A stretch of DNA of 47,342 nt from Sphingomonas sp. (lineage in GTDB: Bacteria > Pseudomonadota > Alphaproteobacteria > Sphingomonadales > Sphingomonadaceae), in the NCBI GenBank assembly GCA_032907585.1, contig JAJJPO010000117.1:1-47342 (forward strand). The letters run 5' to 3'. Below, piece after piece: positions 1-8,449 of this stretch (position 1 is the first letter of the stretch; each line of letters opens with the position of its first letter). The notes beneath the pieces were generated by a model. The model was not told the DNA's origin, did not search any database, and was given only the letters and a program-made list of their open reading frames with translations. A program made the translations under genes and the position numbers.

Positions 1-265
1 AAGTCTGGTCGGGAGTTGCCGTCGCGAGCACGATGAGGTCGATGTCGCCCGCGTGAAGCCCGGCTGCCTCCAGCGCGTTGCGGCAGGCCTCGACGGCGAG
101 CGTAGCGGTGGTTTCGCCGTCGGCCGCGACATAGCGGCTCCTGATCCCGGTGCGCTCGACGATCCACTCGTCGGACGTTTCCACCTTTTCCGCCAGTTCG
201 GCATTGTCGATCCGGCGTTTGGGGAGAGCGGAACCGGTGCCCTTGACGACAGAACGAAGGGTCAT
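1..265 (-). CDS. fabH: 3-oxoacyl-ACP synthase III (5' part; runs off window start)
   Basis: Manual translation from ATG at 265: [44 protein letters not shown]...[13 protein letters not shown]; ATGA overlap with plsX stop; classic rpmF-plsX-fabH order. Not in ORF track. Confidence 0.95.
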   Translation of the reverse strand, partial: MTLRSVVKGTGSALPKRRIDNAELAEKVETSDEWIVERTGIRSRYVAADGETTATLAVEACRNALEAAGLHAGDIDLIVLATATPDQT

Positions 266-1311
266 TCGGCTACTTCTCCGGAAAAGGCGTGGGCGCGGAA
301 ATTGTCGAGGTCGTCCGCGATCTTGCGGGTGATGTCGTTGCGAACCATCGATGCCGCGACTCGGATGGCGTTGGCGACGCCCTTGAGGTTGGCACCGCCG
401 TGGCTCTTCACCACCAGGCCATTAAGCCCGAGGAAGACCGCCCCGTTGTGGTTGTTGGGGTCAAGGTGGGTCTTCAACAGCTGGAGCGCCGGTTTCGAAA
501 GCGCAAAGCCAGCCTTCGAGCGAAGCGACGAGGTAAAGGCGCGGCGCAGCAGGTCGGTCACGAACCTCGCGGTGCCCTCGGCGGTCTTCAGCGCGATATT
601 GCCGGAAAAACCGTCGGTAACGACGACGTCGATGTCGCCGCGAGACAGCTTGTCGCCCTCGGTGAAGCCGTCAAAGCGCATCGGCAGATAGTCGGCTTCA
701 CGCAGGAGCGCCGCGGCCTCCTTGAGCTCGTCCGTGCCCTTGAGCTCCTCGGTCCCGATGTTCAAAAGCTTGACGCGTGGCTTGGAGATTCCAAGGACGG
801 TCCTCGAGTAGGCCGAGCCCATCACGGCGAACTGGACAAGGTTCTGAGCGTCGCACTCGGTGTTGGCGCCGAGGTCGAGCATCACGCACTCGGTTGTCCC
901 GAGGGTCGGGAGAAGGGCCGCGAGCGCGGGCCGGTCGATGCCCGGCATCGTCCGCAGCGCGAGCTTGGCCATTGCCATGAGCGCGCCGGTATTGCCGCCG
1001 GAAAGGGCAGCATGGGCAGCGCCCTCCTTTACGGCGTTGATTGCCATGCCCATCGAGGTGGTCTTGGCCCGCCGGATCGCCTGGCTCGGCTTTTCCGATG
1101 CTCCGATGGAATCGGTGGTGTGGTGGACAGCGACGGCGCCCTCTAGCGAAGCGTGCCGCTGCAGTTCAGGCCGGACCAGCGCCTCGTCGCCGAACAGGTC
1201 GAATGAAAGGGCGCGGTCCTTGCGGCGCGCACGCGCCATTCCGGCGATCATCACCGCCGGGCCGATGTCTCCGCCCATGGCGTCAATCGCGATGCGCGGG
1301 CTCACGTCCAT
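262..1311 (-). CDS. plsX: Phosphate acyltransferase PlsX
   Basis: [52 protein letters not shown] motifs; synteny. Confidence 0.97.
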   Translation of the reverse strand: MDVSPRIAIDAMGGDIGPAVMIAGMARARRKDRALSFDLFGDEALVRPELQRHASLEGAVAVHHTTDSIGASEKPSQAIRRAKTTSMGMAINAVKEGAAHAALSGGNTGALMAMAKLALRTMPGIDRPALAALLPTLGTTECVMLDLGANTECDAQNLVQFAVMGSAYSRTVLGISKPRVKLLNIGTEELKGTDELKEAAALLREADYLPMRFDGFTEGDKLSRGDIDVVVTDGFSGNIALKTAEGTARFVTDLLRRAFTSSLRSKAGFALSKPALQLLKTHLDPNNHNGAVFLGLNGLVVKSHGGANLKGVANAIRVAASMVRNDITRKIADDLDNFRAHAFSGEVAE

Positions 1312-1340
1312 CCGTGTGGCGCCCTCGTCCGCGATGCCGC

Positions 1341-1520
1341 TCAGGCCTCGGTCGAAAGGATCTCGCGGCCGTTATAGTGGCCGCAGGCCGAGCAGAGATT
1401 GTGCGGCAGCTTCAGTTCGCCGCAGTTCGGGCACTCCTGGAACGAAGCGGGCGTGAGGCCATGATGGCTGCGCCGCATGTTGCGCTTGGAGGGCGAGGTT
1501 TTTCTCTTAGGGACGGCCAT
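1341..1520 (-). CDS. rpmF: 50S ribosomal protein L32 (Zn-ribbon type)
   Basis: Manual translation [59 protein letters not shown] (59 aa); missed by ORF track. Confidence 0.97.
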   Translation of the reverse strand: MAVPKRKTSPSKRNMRRSHHGLTPASFQECPNCGELKLPHNLCSACGHYNGREILSTEA

Positions 1521-1627
1521 CTCGGCTCTTCCTCAATTCGTCGGTTCAAAAAAATAGGCGACTCTCCTGCGCCCAGCTCGTCGGGGTGGTCCCGCGGCGG
1601 CGGCCGGATTGTCGCTAACGAAGGGGC

Positions 1628-1655
1628 CCTATAGCGCAATGCACGCGCGACGCAA
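1628..1655 (-). promoter_or_regulatory. Putative sigma70 promoter of rpmF-plsX-fabH
   Basis: Minus strand TTGCGT-N16-TATAGG preceded by GC (alphaproteobacterial GCTA-type -10). Confidence 0.5.
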
Positions 1656-1660
1656 GCGAT

Positions 1661-2323
1661 TCACGCCCGCTGCAGGACACGGTCGGCGACAAACGGGTTG
1701 CTTGCCCGCTCATGGCCAAAGGTCGACATGGGACCGTGCCCGGGGATGAAGCGCGTGTCGTCGCCCATTGGCCACAGCCGCTCCGTTATCGAATCCAGCA
1801 GCTGCTGGTGATTGCCGCGGGGAAAATCGGTCCGTCCGATCGAGCCCTGGAACAGGACGTCGCCGACGATGGCAAGGTGCGACTGGGGATGGTGGAAGAC
1901 GACGTGCCCGGGCGTGTGGCCAGGACAGTGGCGGACGTTAAGGACCAGCTTTCCGACCGTCACCGTGTCGCCGTCGACGAGATATCGGTCCGACTGGAAC
2001 GGCTTGCCGTTGATTCCGTAACGTTGCCCGTCCTCGGCGAGCTTTGCGATCCAGAAAAGATCCTCTTCGTGGGGCCCTTCGATCGGCACGCCGAGTTCGG
2101 CTGCAAGGATACCGGCCTGGCCGCAATGATCGATATGGCCGTGGGTGAGGAGGATCTTCTCGACTTGCACCCCATGCTGGGCGGCAGCCGCCTTCAACCG
2201 GTCGAGGTCGCCGCCGGGATCGACAAATGCGCCGAGCATCGTCTCCGTGCACCACAGCAGGCTGCAGTTCTGCTGGAGCGGCGTGACCGGGATGATCGCG
2301 GCGCGAAGGGGCGGTTCGGACAT
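1661..2323 (-). CDS. MBL-fold metallo-hydrolase (glyoxalase II/YcbL-like)
   Basis: LTHGHIDH, PGHTPGH, GDVLFQGSIGRTD, PGHG motifs. Confidence 0.92.
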   Translation of the reverse strand: MSEPPLRAAIIPVTPLQQNCSLLWCTETMLGAFVDPGGDLDRLKAAAAQHGVQVEKILLTHGHIDHCGQAGILAAELGVPIEGPHEEDLFWIAKLAEDGQRYGINGKPFQSDRYLVDGDTVTVGKLVLNVRHCPGHTPGHVVFHHPQSHLAIVGDVLFQGSIGRTDFPRGNHQQLLDSITERLWPMGDDTRFIPGHGPMSTFGHERASNPFVADRVLQRA

Positions 2324-2334
2324 GGGCCCCGGAA

Positions 2335-3585
2335 CTAGGAGGCGGCAGGCAGCTTGTCGAGCGCCGGGGCCTCGGCTTCCATCTCCCGGGCGACGGCTTC
2401 AGCCTTTCGAAGGACGCGCAGGAAATTTCCGCCAGCGAGCCTGGCGAGATTTTGGTCGCTCCATCCGCGGCGGATGAGCTCGGCAAAGAGCAGCGGATAG
2501 CCATCGACGCTGTCGAGGCCCTCCGGAGCGATGTCGATGCCATCGAGATCGGCTCCCAGCCCGACATGGTCGTAGCCTGCGACACTGGCGACATGCTCGA
2601 CATGGTCGGCGACCTCCCCGATCGTGGCGAGCGGCGCCGGATTGGCACCGGCCCACCGCTCGAGCTCATCCTCGACCCTCCCCGGATCGCCGGGGTTGAG
2701 CGATTTCAGGCGAGCTTCCTCGGCGGCGCGACGGGCGCTCCATTGGCGGTAGGGCTCGGAGACGAAACCGGTGTAGAAGTTGATCATCACCACCCCGTCC
2801 TTCTCCGGCAGGCGCCTCAGGATCGAATCGGGGACGTTGCGCGGGTGATGGTTGAGCGCCCGGGCGCTGCTGTGGGAGAAGATGACCGGCGCCCTCGAAG
2901 CGTCGATCGCGTCGGCCATCGTCTCCTCGCTCACATGGCTGAGGTCCACCAGCATGCCGAGCCGGTTCATCTCGGCAACCACCTTGAGGCCGAACGGCGA
3001 GAGGCCGCCGTGCTTCGGGGCATCGGTGGCGCTGTCGGCCCAGTTTGTGGTCTTGCTGTGCGTAAGCGTCATGTAACGTGCGCCGAGCCTGTAGAACTGG
3101 CGAAGAACCGCGAGATTGTTTCCGGTCTGGTCTCCACCCTCGACGCCGGCCATCGATGCGATCCGGCCGGCCTTGTGAATGCGCACGATATCGTCGGCCG
3201 ACTTCGCCCACTGGAGATATTGGGGATAGGCCTTCACCAGCCGGTCGACGGCGTCCAGCTGCTCGATCGTCTGCCTCACTGCCTCGTCGCCCCTGGTCGC
3301 AGCGCTGATGTAGACAGACCAGAGCTGGGCTCCGACCTTGCCGCGCCGGAGCCTCGACATGTCGGTCATGAGCGGCTTGTCCCGGCTTTCCGAGCCGCTT
3401 TCCAGCCCCTCGACATGATAGTCATGGTCCTGCCTCAGCGCCCATGGAAGGTCGTTGTGCCCGTCGATCAGCGGGGTGCGCGCCAGGACGCGGTCGATCC
3501 TCGCCTTGACCCTGGGGTCGATCGGCGCCTGGGCCATCGCCGGCGTGGCGATAATCATCGCGGCAAACAAGATCGACCAACGCAT
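2335..3585 (-). CDS. Secreted membrane dipeptidase (M19, renal dipeptidase family)
   Basis: Signal peptide MRWSILFAAMIIATPAMA; IDGHND, GVEG, LTH, DLSH, FSHS, GLGADLDG motifs; start moved to ATG 3585. Confidence 0.9.
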   Translation of the reverse strand: MRWSILFAAMIIATPAMAQAPIDPRVKARIDRVLARTPLIDGHNDLPWALRQDHDYHVEGLESGSESRDKPLMTDMSRLRRGKVGAQLWSVYISAATRGDEAVRQTIEQLDAVDRLVKAYPQYLQWAKSADDIVRIHKAGRIASMAGVEGGDQTGNNLAVLRQFYRLGARYMTLTHSKTTNWADSATDAPKHGGLSPFGLKVVAEMNRLGMLVDLSHVSEETMADAIDASRAPVIFSHSSARALNHHPRNVPDSILRRLPEKDGVVMINFYTGFVSEPYRQWSARRAAEEARLKSLNPGDPGRVEDELERWAGANPAPLATIGEVADHVEHVASVAGYDHVGLGADLDGIDIAPEGLDSVDGYPLLFAELIRRGWSDQNLARLAGGNFLRVLRKAEAVAREMEAEAPALDKLPAAS

Positions 3586-3661
3586 CGGTCCCAACCCCCC
3601 GGGTGCAGTGAAGATGATCGAGGCTTTACGAACAGTCGCCACCGGGGGCAATGGCGGAGCC

Positions 3662-5392
3662 ATGTTCATGCTGTTCGACGACGCGCGGCAGGCCGGCGAG
3701 AAACCGAGGCTCTACCGCCAGCCAAGAGAGCTGGTCGTCGCGAAGGAAATGGACGAGGTCCTGCCGGCCCTGGAGCAGGTCCGCTCCGCCCTTCGTGCAG
3801 GCAATCACGCCGCGGGGTTCCTCGCCTATGAGGCCGGCTATGCGTTCGATCCCGAGCTTGGGGAAAGCGCGCGGAAAGGCAGCGGCCCGCTGGTCTGCTT
3901 CGGGCTCTACTCCGGCCATGAAACCCCCGACCTTGGACAATTTCTGCCCTCGCCGGAGGGCGCCTATATCGGCCCGGTTCGCCCGAGGATAAGCGAGGCT
4001 GGCTACGAGGCAGCCGCCCGGACCGTGCGCGACCATCTGTTCGCCGGGGACTTCTACCAGGCGAACCTGACGTTTCCGTGCGAGGTTGCTCTCGCCGGTG
4101 ACCCCCTCGCGGTCTACGCCCGCCTTCGGACCGCCTCGCTTGCCGGCTGGGGCGGTCTCCTGTGCCACCAGGACTTTTCGATCATATCTCTCTCGCCGGA
4201 ACAGTTCTTCACCCTGCGCGGCGGTATTCTCGAAGCCCGGCCGATGAAGGGGACGGCGCCGCGCCGTTCTAACCCGGAAGCGGACCGGGCCGAGGCCGAG
4301 GCGCTTGCCTCGGACGCGAAACAGCGCGCGGAAAATCTCATGATCGTCGACCTGATGCGCAATGATCTCGCGCGCCTGTCGGTCGCCGGGAGCGTCGAGG
4401 TCCCGGAGCTGTTTTCAGTCGAGACCTATCCGACGCTTCACCAGATGGTCAGCCGGATCAGGGCGCGGCTGCGCGCTGGATGCGATGCGATCGACGTGCT
4501 TTCCACCATTTTCCCGTGCGGCTCGGTTACCGGCGCTCCCAAGGTAGCTGCGATGAAAGCGCTCGCCCGGCTGGAGCCCGAGCCACGCGGAGCCTATACG
4601 GGCTCGATGGGCTGGATCGAGCCCGGAGGCGATGCTGCTTTCAACGTGCTCATCCGGTCACTCGACTGGCCCCGCCCGGGAAGCCGGGCGCGGCTCGGGC
4701 TTGGTTCGGGACTTGTCGTCGACAGCAAGCCAAGCGATGAATGGGCCGAGTGCCTTCTGAAAGGGGATTTCGTGCGGCGTCGGGCCCAGGACTTTGACCT
4801 CATAGAAACAATGGGATTCGATCCGTCCGAGGGGATCGTCGAGCTCGAACGCCACCTCGACAGGATGAGGAACTCGGCGCAAGATCTCGATTTCCGGTTC
4901 GACCGGCATGCCGCCCGCAACGAACTCCAGGCCGCTACCTTCGGCCGAAAGCAGCGGGCCATGGTCCGGCTGCTGCTCTCGCGCAGCGGCGCAATGGCGA
5001 TACAGCTCAAGCACTATGACGATGTCGCCGAGCTCCCGGTGAAGGTCGCGGTCCGGCCGCTACCGGTCGACCCGGCCGATTTCAGGCTGCGCTACAAGAC
5101 GACCGACCGGCGCTTTCTCGACCAGGTTCGCCAGCAGTCAGGGGAGTTCGAAACCCTGTTCGTCGATCCCGAGGGCAAGCTAACGGAAGGAAGCCGGACC
5201 AGTCTCTTCGTCGAGCGCGGGGGACGGCTTCTGACGCCGCCATTGTCGCGCGGACTGATGCCCGGCCTGCTGCGGGCCAAGCTCATCGAGGAGGGGAAGG
5301 CAGTCGAGGCGGAGCTGAGCCCCGATGACCTCAAGGGCAATTTCTACGTGGGCAACATCGTCCGCGGGCTGATCCCTGCCCGGCTGGCCTAG
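3662..5392 (+). CDS. pabB: Aminodeoxychorismate synthase component I fused to ADC lyase (aminotransferase class IV) domain
   Basis: GFLAYEAG, SPEQFF, PMKGT, AENLMIVDLMRNDL, FPCGSVTGAPK; C-terminal HLDR, YKTT, TEGSRTSLF, LMPGLLR. Start uncertain (3614 or 3662). Confidence 0.9.
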   Translation: MFMLFDDARQAGEKPRLYRQPRELVVAKEMDEVLPALEQVRSALRAGNHAAGFLAYEAGYAFDPELGESARKGSGPLVCFGLYSGHETPDLGQFLPSPEGAYIGPVRPRISEAGYEAAARTVRDHLFAGDFYQANLTFPCEVALAGDPLAVYARLRTASLAGWGGLLCHQDFSIISLSPEQFFTLRGGILEARPMKGTAPRRSNPEADRAEAEALASDAKQRAENLMIVDLMRNDLARLSVAGSVEVPELFSVETYPTLHQMVSRIRARLRAGCDAIDVLSTIFPCGSVTGAPKVAAMKALARLEPEPRGAYTGSMGWIEPGGDAAFNVLIRSLDWPRPGSRARLGLGSGLVVDSKPSDEWAECLLKGDFVRRRAQDFDLIETMGFDPSEGIVELERHLDRMRNSAQDLDFRFDRHAARNELQAATFGRKQRAMVRLLLSRSGAMAIQLKHYDDVAELPVKVAVRPLPVDPADFRLRYKTTDRRFLDQVRQQSGEFETLFVDPEGKLTEGSRTSLFVERGGRLLTPPLSRGLMPGLLRAKLIEEGKAVEAELSPDDLKGNFYVGNIVRGLIPARLA

Positions 5393-6051
5393 GCGGCGAT
5401 CGGGAATCTCAGCAACCGGTCGGTCACCGGCACCAGCGCCGACGCTCCCCGGCCGACTTTCCGGACGATCTCGGGATGGCCGGCGTCCAGGCCCCCGGTG
5501 AAAGAGCCAAAGGCCGGGAGGATCAGCTTGGTCGCGCCGGCAACGAAGCAGCGCCTCGAGACATTCCTTCCGCGGAGGCTCAAGCGCAACTTGGGATGAT
5601 AATGGCCCGACATCTCCGGCCGGGTCTCCAGCTCGACCGCCTCGTGGCGAAGGATGATGCCGCCGACCTCGCATTGCTGCTCGATTCGCCCGCCGCAATG
5701 GTCGGCGATACCCGGGTCGTGGTTTCCGACGATCCAGACCCAGTCGAGGCGGGATGTGAGGCTGGTTAAGAGGTTACGGGCCTGCTCCTTCAGCCGATCG
5801 CAGCCAAAGCGGTCGTGGAAACTGTCGCCGAGGCAAAAAAGCCGCCTTGCACCGGTCTGCTCCACTTCGCGCTCGAGCGCCTGGAGAGTCGCGAGCGAGT
5901 CATAGGGCGGAAGAAGCTGCCCCCTCCCGGCGAACCAGCTGGCCTTTTCGAGATGAAGATCGGCAACCAGCAGGGCCTGCTCGGCCGGCCAGAGCAGCGC
6001 TCCCGTGGAGCTGGCGAGGAAATGCTGGCTGGCGAACGAAAAGGGAACCAT
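5389..6051 (-). CDS. pdeM: Ligase-associated DNA damage response endonuclease (metallophosphoesterase MPE/PdeM)
   Basis: ADLHLEK, LGDSFHD, GNHD, GHYHP, LPAFGSFTGG motifs; near Lhr-core helicase. Confidence 0.9.
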   Translation of the reverse strand: MVPFSFASQHFLASSTGALLWPAEQALLVADLHLEKASWFAGRGQLLPPYDSLATLQALEREVEQTGARRLFCLGDSFHDRFGCDRLKEQARNLLTSLTSRLDWVWIVGNHDPGIADHCGGRIEQQCEVGGIILRHEAVELETRPEMSGHYHPKLRLSLRGRNVSRRCFVAGATKLILPAFGSFTGGLDAGHPEIVRKVGRGASALVPVTDRLLRFPIAA

Positions 6052-6080
6052 CGATTCGGGCTGTAACCCGAACTTCCCTG

Positions 6081-6536
6081 CTATTCCAAATGGTTCATGA
6101 CATGGTCGCGCAGCGCGCGCGCATCGTGCAGGGCATTGTGCGGGACGAGGCTGTTGGCCGCCGTCGAATAGCCGGCGAGCGGGACGAGATGGAAGCTGAG
6201 CGGCGGCACGGTCACCATCCGGCCGGGCCCGGTGACCAGCAGCATCGCCAGCTGGGCGAGGTCTTCGGGCCAGTCGGCGACAATGTCCGGCGCTTCGTCA
6301 TGCTCGAGCCAGGAAGCCAGCGCTTCCGCCGCGGCCTTGCGGCAAAGGCGCGGCGAAACCAGTCCTTGCGGTACCATGTCGAGATAGGGGACGACGTTGC
6401 GCTCGACCCACGGATCGAGCGGTCCCTCGCACTCGAGCGTGACGTAGAATTCCTCGCTGCCATCGGCCGGGACCAGTGCCAGGCTGATGAGCGAGCCGCC
6501 GAAGCCGTTGAACTCCGTGTCGAGAAAATAGCGCAT
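6081..6536 (-). CDS. Small DEDDh 3'-5' exonuclease (Rv2179c/DUF5051-like)
   Basis: YFLDTEF (Exo I), ISLALV, HNALHDARAL (Exo III). Confidence 0.75.
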   Translation of the reverse strand: MRYFLDTEFNGFGGSLISLALVPADGSEEFYVTLECEGPLDPWVERNVVPYLDMVPQGLVSPRLCRKAAAEALASWLEHDEAPDIVADWPEDLAQLAMLLVTGPGRMVTVPPLSFHLVPLAGYSTAANSLVPHNALHDARALRDHVMNHLE

Positions 6537-6606
6537 GGCCCAGTCTGGACGAGCGGAGAAAGCCGGTCCAGTCTCCCGCTCGACACAACTGGGTTGGAGG
6601 GGGAAA

Positions 6607-8112
6607 ATGGGTCAGCCTTGGTTTGCCGGCTTCGCGCTTCTCGTGGCAGCCGCGGTATCACCGGCAATGGCGGCACCGGGTGATCCCGGCCGCGACAAGG
6701 TAGTCGCCGCCATTCACGGCGATCGCGAAGCGGCGGTCGAGCGGCTTCGGCAATGGATCGCTCTACCAACCATCGCCAACATGGGCGTCAATACGCCCGC
6801 GGGTGCAGAATATATGCGCCAGCTGGCGCTGGACGCGGGGTTCCAGGAAGCCCGTCTCGTCGAGACAGGAGGCGTTCCTGGCGTATTTGCCAGGCTCGAT
6901 GCCGGGGCCCGCGACACGCTTGCCATCTACTTCATGTACGACGTCAAGCATTATGATCCGGCGGAATGGTCCTCTCCGCCGCTCGAGGCCCGGATCCTGC
7001 CCCGCGGATCGGAGGGAACCCAGCTGGTCGGCCGCGGCGCCGTGAACCAGAAGGGCCCGGAAATGGCCTTCCTGACGGCGCTGAGGGCCTTCCGCCAGTC
7101 GGGCGTCAGGCTCCCGGTCAATCTCGTGCTGGTCGCCGAGGGCGAGGAGGAGATCGGCTCCACCAACTTCATGGCCATGCTTTCCGACCCCGAAGTCCGC
7201 TCGGCGCTTGAAAAATCGGTCGGGGTGATGATGCCTTCCGCCGGCCAGGCGCCGGACGGTTCGACTTCCGTCGATCTCGGAGCAAAGGGAGTGATCGAGG
7301 TCCAGCTCGTCTCGAGCGGCGCCAGGTGGGGCCGGGGACCGGAAAAGGACATTCATTCGAGCCTGATGGCGAGGGTCGACAGCCCGGCGTGGCGCCTCGT
7401 CAAGGCGCTCGACACGCTGGTCGCGGACGACGGCTTCACGCCGGCGATCGATGGCTGGTTCGAGAATGTGAAGCCGCTCACCGATCGCCAGAAGCAGCTG
7501 ATCGCGGAAGATCTGAGCGACGAGGCGATGGTCAAGAAGCAGCTGGGCGTAAAGCAATGGATCAGGGACGAGGATTTCCTGACCAGCGCATATCGGCTTG
7601 CCTCGCAGCCCACGGTCAACATCCAGGGGCTCGTCAGCGGCTACACCGGGCCGGGAGGCAAGACCGTGCTTCCAGGACGGGCGGAGGCCAAGCTCGATTT
7701 CCGGCTGGTGCCCGACATGACGAGGCAAGAGGCCGAGGCGAAGCTCAAGGCACATCTCGCGAAGCGCGGCTTTTCCGACATCGAGGTCATCGTTTCCGGG
7801 GGCTACAGCCCCACCGAGACTTCCGAGGACAGCGTCATCGTTCGGGCAGCCACCCAGGCGCTTGCCAGGGCAGGCATCGATTACAGCCTCTTTCCAAGGC
7901 GTGCCGGCAGCTGGCCGGGCGTCATGTTCACGGGCAAGCCCCTGGAGCTCGCCGCCGGCCATTTCGGGCTCGGCCGGGGCGGCGGCGCCCACGCGCCGGA
8001 CGAGTGGCTGCTGATCGAGAGCAGCAATCCCAAGGTCGCCGGCTTTGAACAGCAGGCCGTCGCCTTTGCCGACTATCTCTACGAGGTCGCCCGGGCCGCC
8101 GAAGAGCGCTAG
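6607..8112 (+). CDS. Exported M20/M25/M40-family metallohydrolase with atypical metal ligands
   Basis: Signal peptide from ATG 6607; GRGA..KG, EGEEEIGS, DIHS, KTVLP..A.AKLDFRLVPD, AHAPDE. Confidence 0.85.
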   Translation: MGQPWFAGFALLVAAAVSPAMAAPGDPGRDKVVAAIHGDREAAVERLRQWIALPTIANMGVNTPAGAEYMRQLALDAGFQEARLVETGGVPGVFARLDAGARDTLAIYFMYDVKHYDPAEWSSPPLEARILPRGSEGTQLVGRGAVNQKGPEMAFLTALRAFRQSGVRLPVNLVLVAEGEEEIGSTNFMAMLSDPEVRSALEKSVGVMMPSAGQAPDGSTSVDLGAKGVIEVQLVSSGARWGRGPEKDIHSSLMARVDSPAWRLVKALDTLVADDGFTPAIDGWFENVKPLTDRQKQLIAEDLSDEAMVKKQLGVKQWIRDEDFLTSAYRLASQPTVNIQGLVSGYTGPGGKTVLPGRAEAKLDFRLVPDMTRQEAEAKLKAHLAKRGFSDIEVIVSGGYSPTETSEDSVIVRAATQALARAGIDYSLFPRRAGSWPGVMFTGKPLELAAGHFGLGRGGGAHAPDEWLLIESSNPKVAGFEQQAVAFADYLYEVARAAEER

Positions 8113-8399
8113 TCGCGCGGGATCCGCGAGCAATCGTCATCGGCAAGCGGCTTGCCTTGGCGGCAGCGCTTCTCGAACAGCCGCGCCTCGCGTCCGGCCC
8201 GCTCCTCGGCCTTGCGGATCTCGCGCCCACGCTTCTCGTCGGCCTCGGACTGGCTGGTCGTCGCAAGGTCCACGCCCTTGGAAGCGACGTCCACCGGGAT
8301 CGTGACGATGTCCACCGCTGCATCGGCGACGCTTGCAACGACGCAGCCGGAAAGCGCCGGCAGGAGCGACAGTGCGGCAAGAAAGCGGGTCATCGACAT
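8109..8399 (-). CDS. Small lipoprotein, unknown function
   Basis: Hydrophobic leader with lipobox LSGC; charged helical C-terminus with two further Cys. Confidence 0.7.
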   Translation of the reverse strand: MSMTRFLAALSLLPALSGCVVASVADAAVDIVTIPVDVASKGVDLATTSQSEADEKRGREIRKAEERAGREARLFEKRCRQGKPLADDDCSRIPRD

Positions 8400-8449
8400 G
8401 GTTGGCTGGGCATGGCTTAGCGTCGGCAGGCCCGGCCGGCCACCTCGTT

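Noticed and set aside
3662-5392. PabB-PabC fusion as a novelty
   Set aside because: Such fusions are already known in several bacterial groups.
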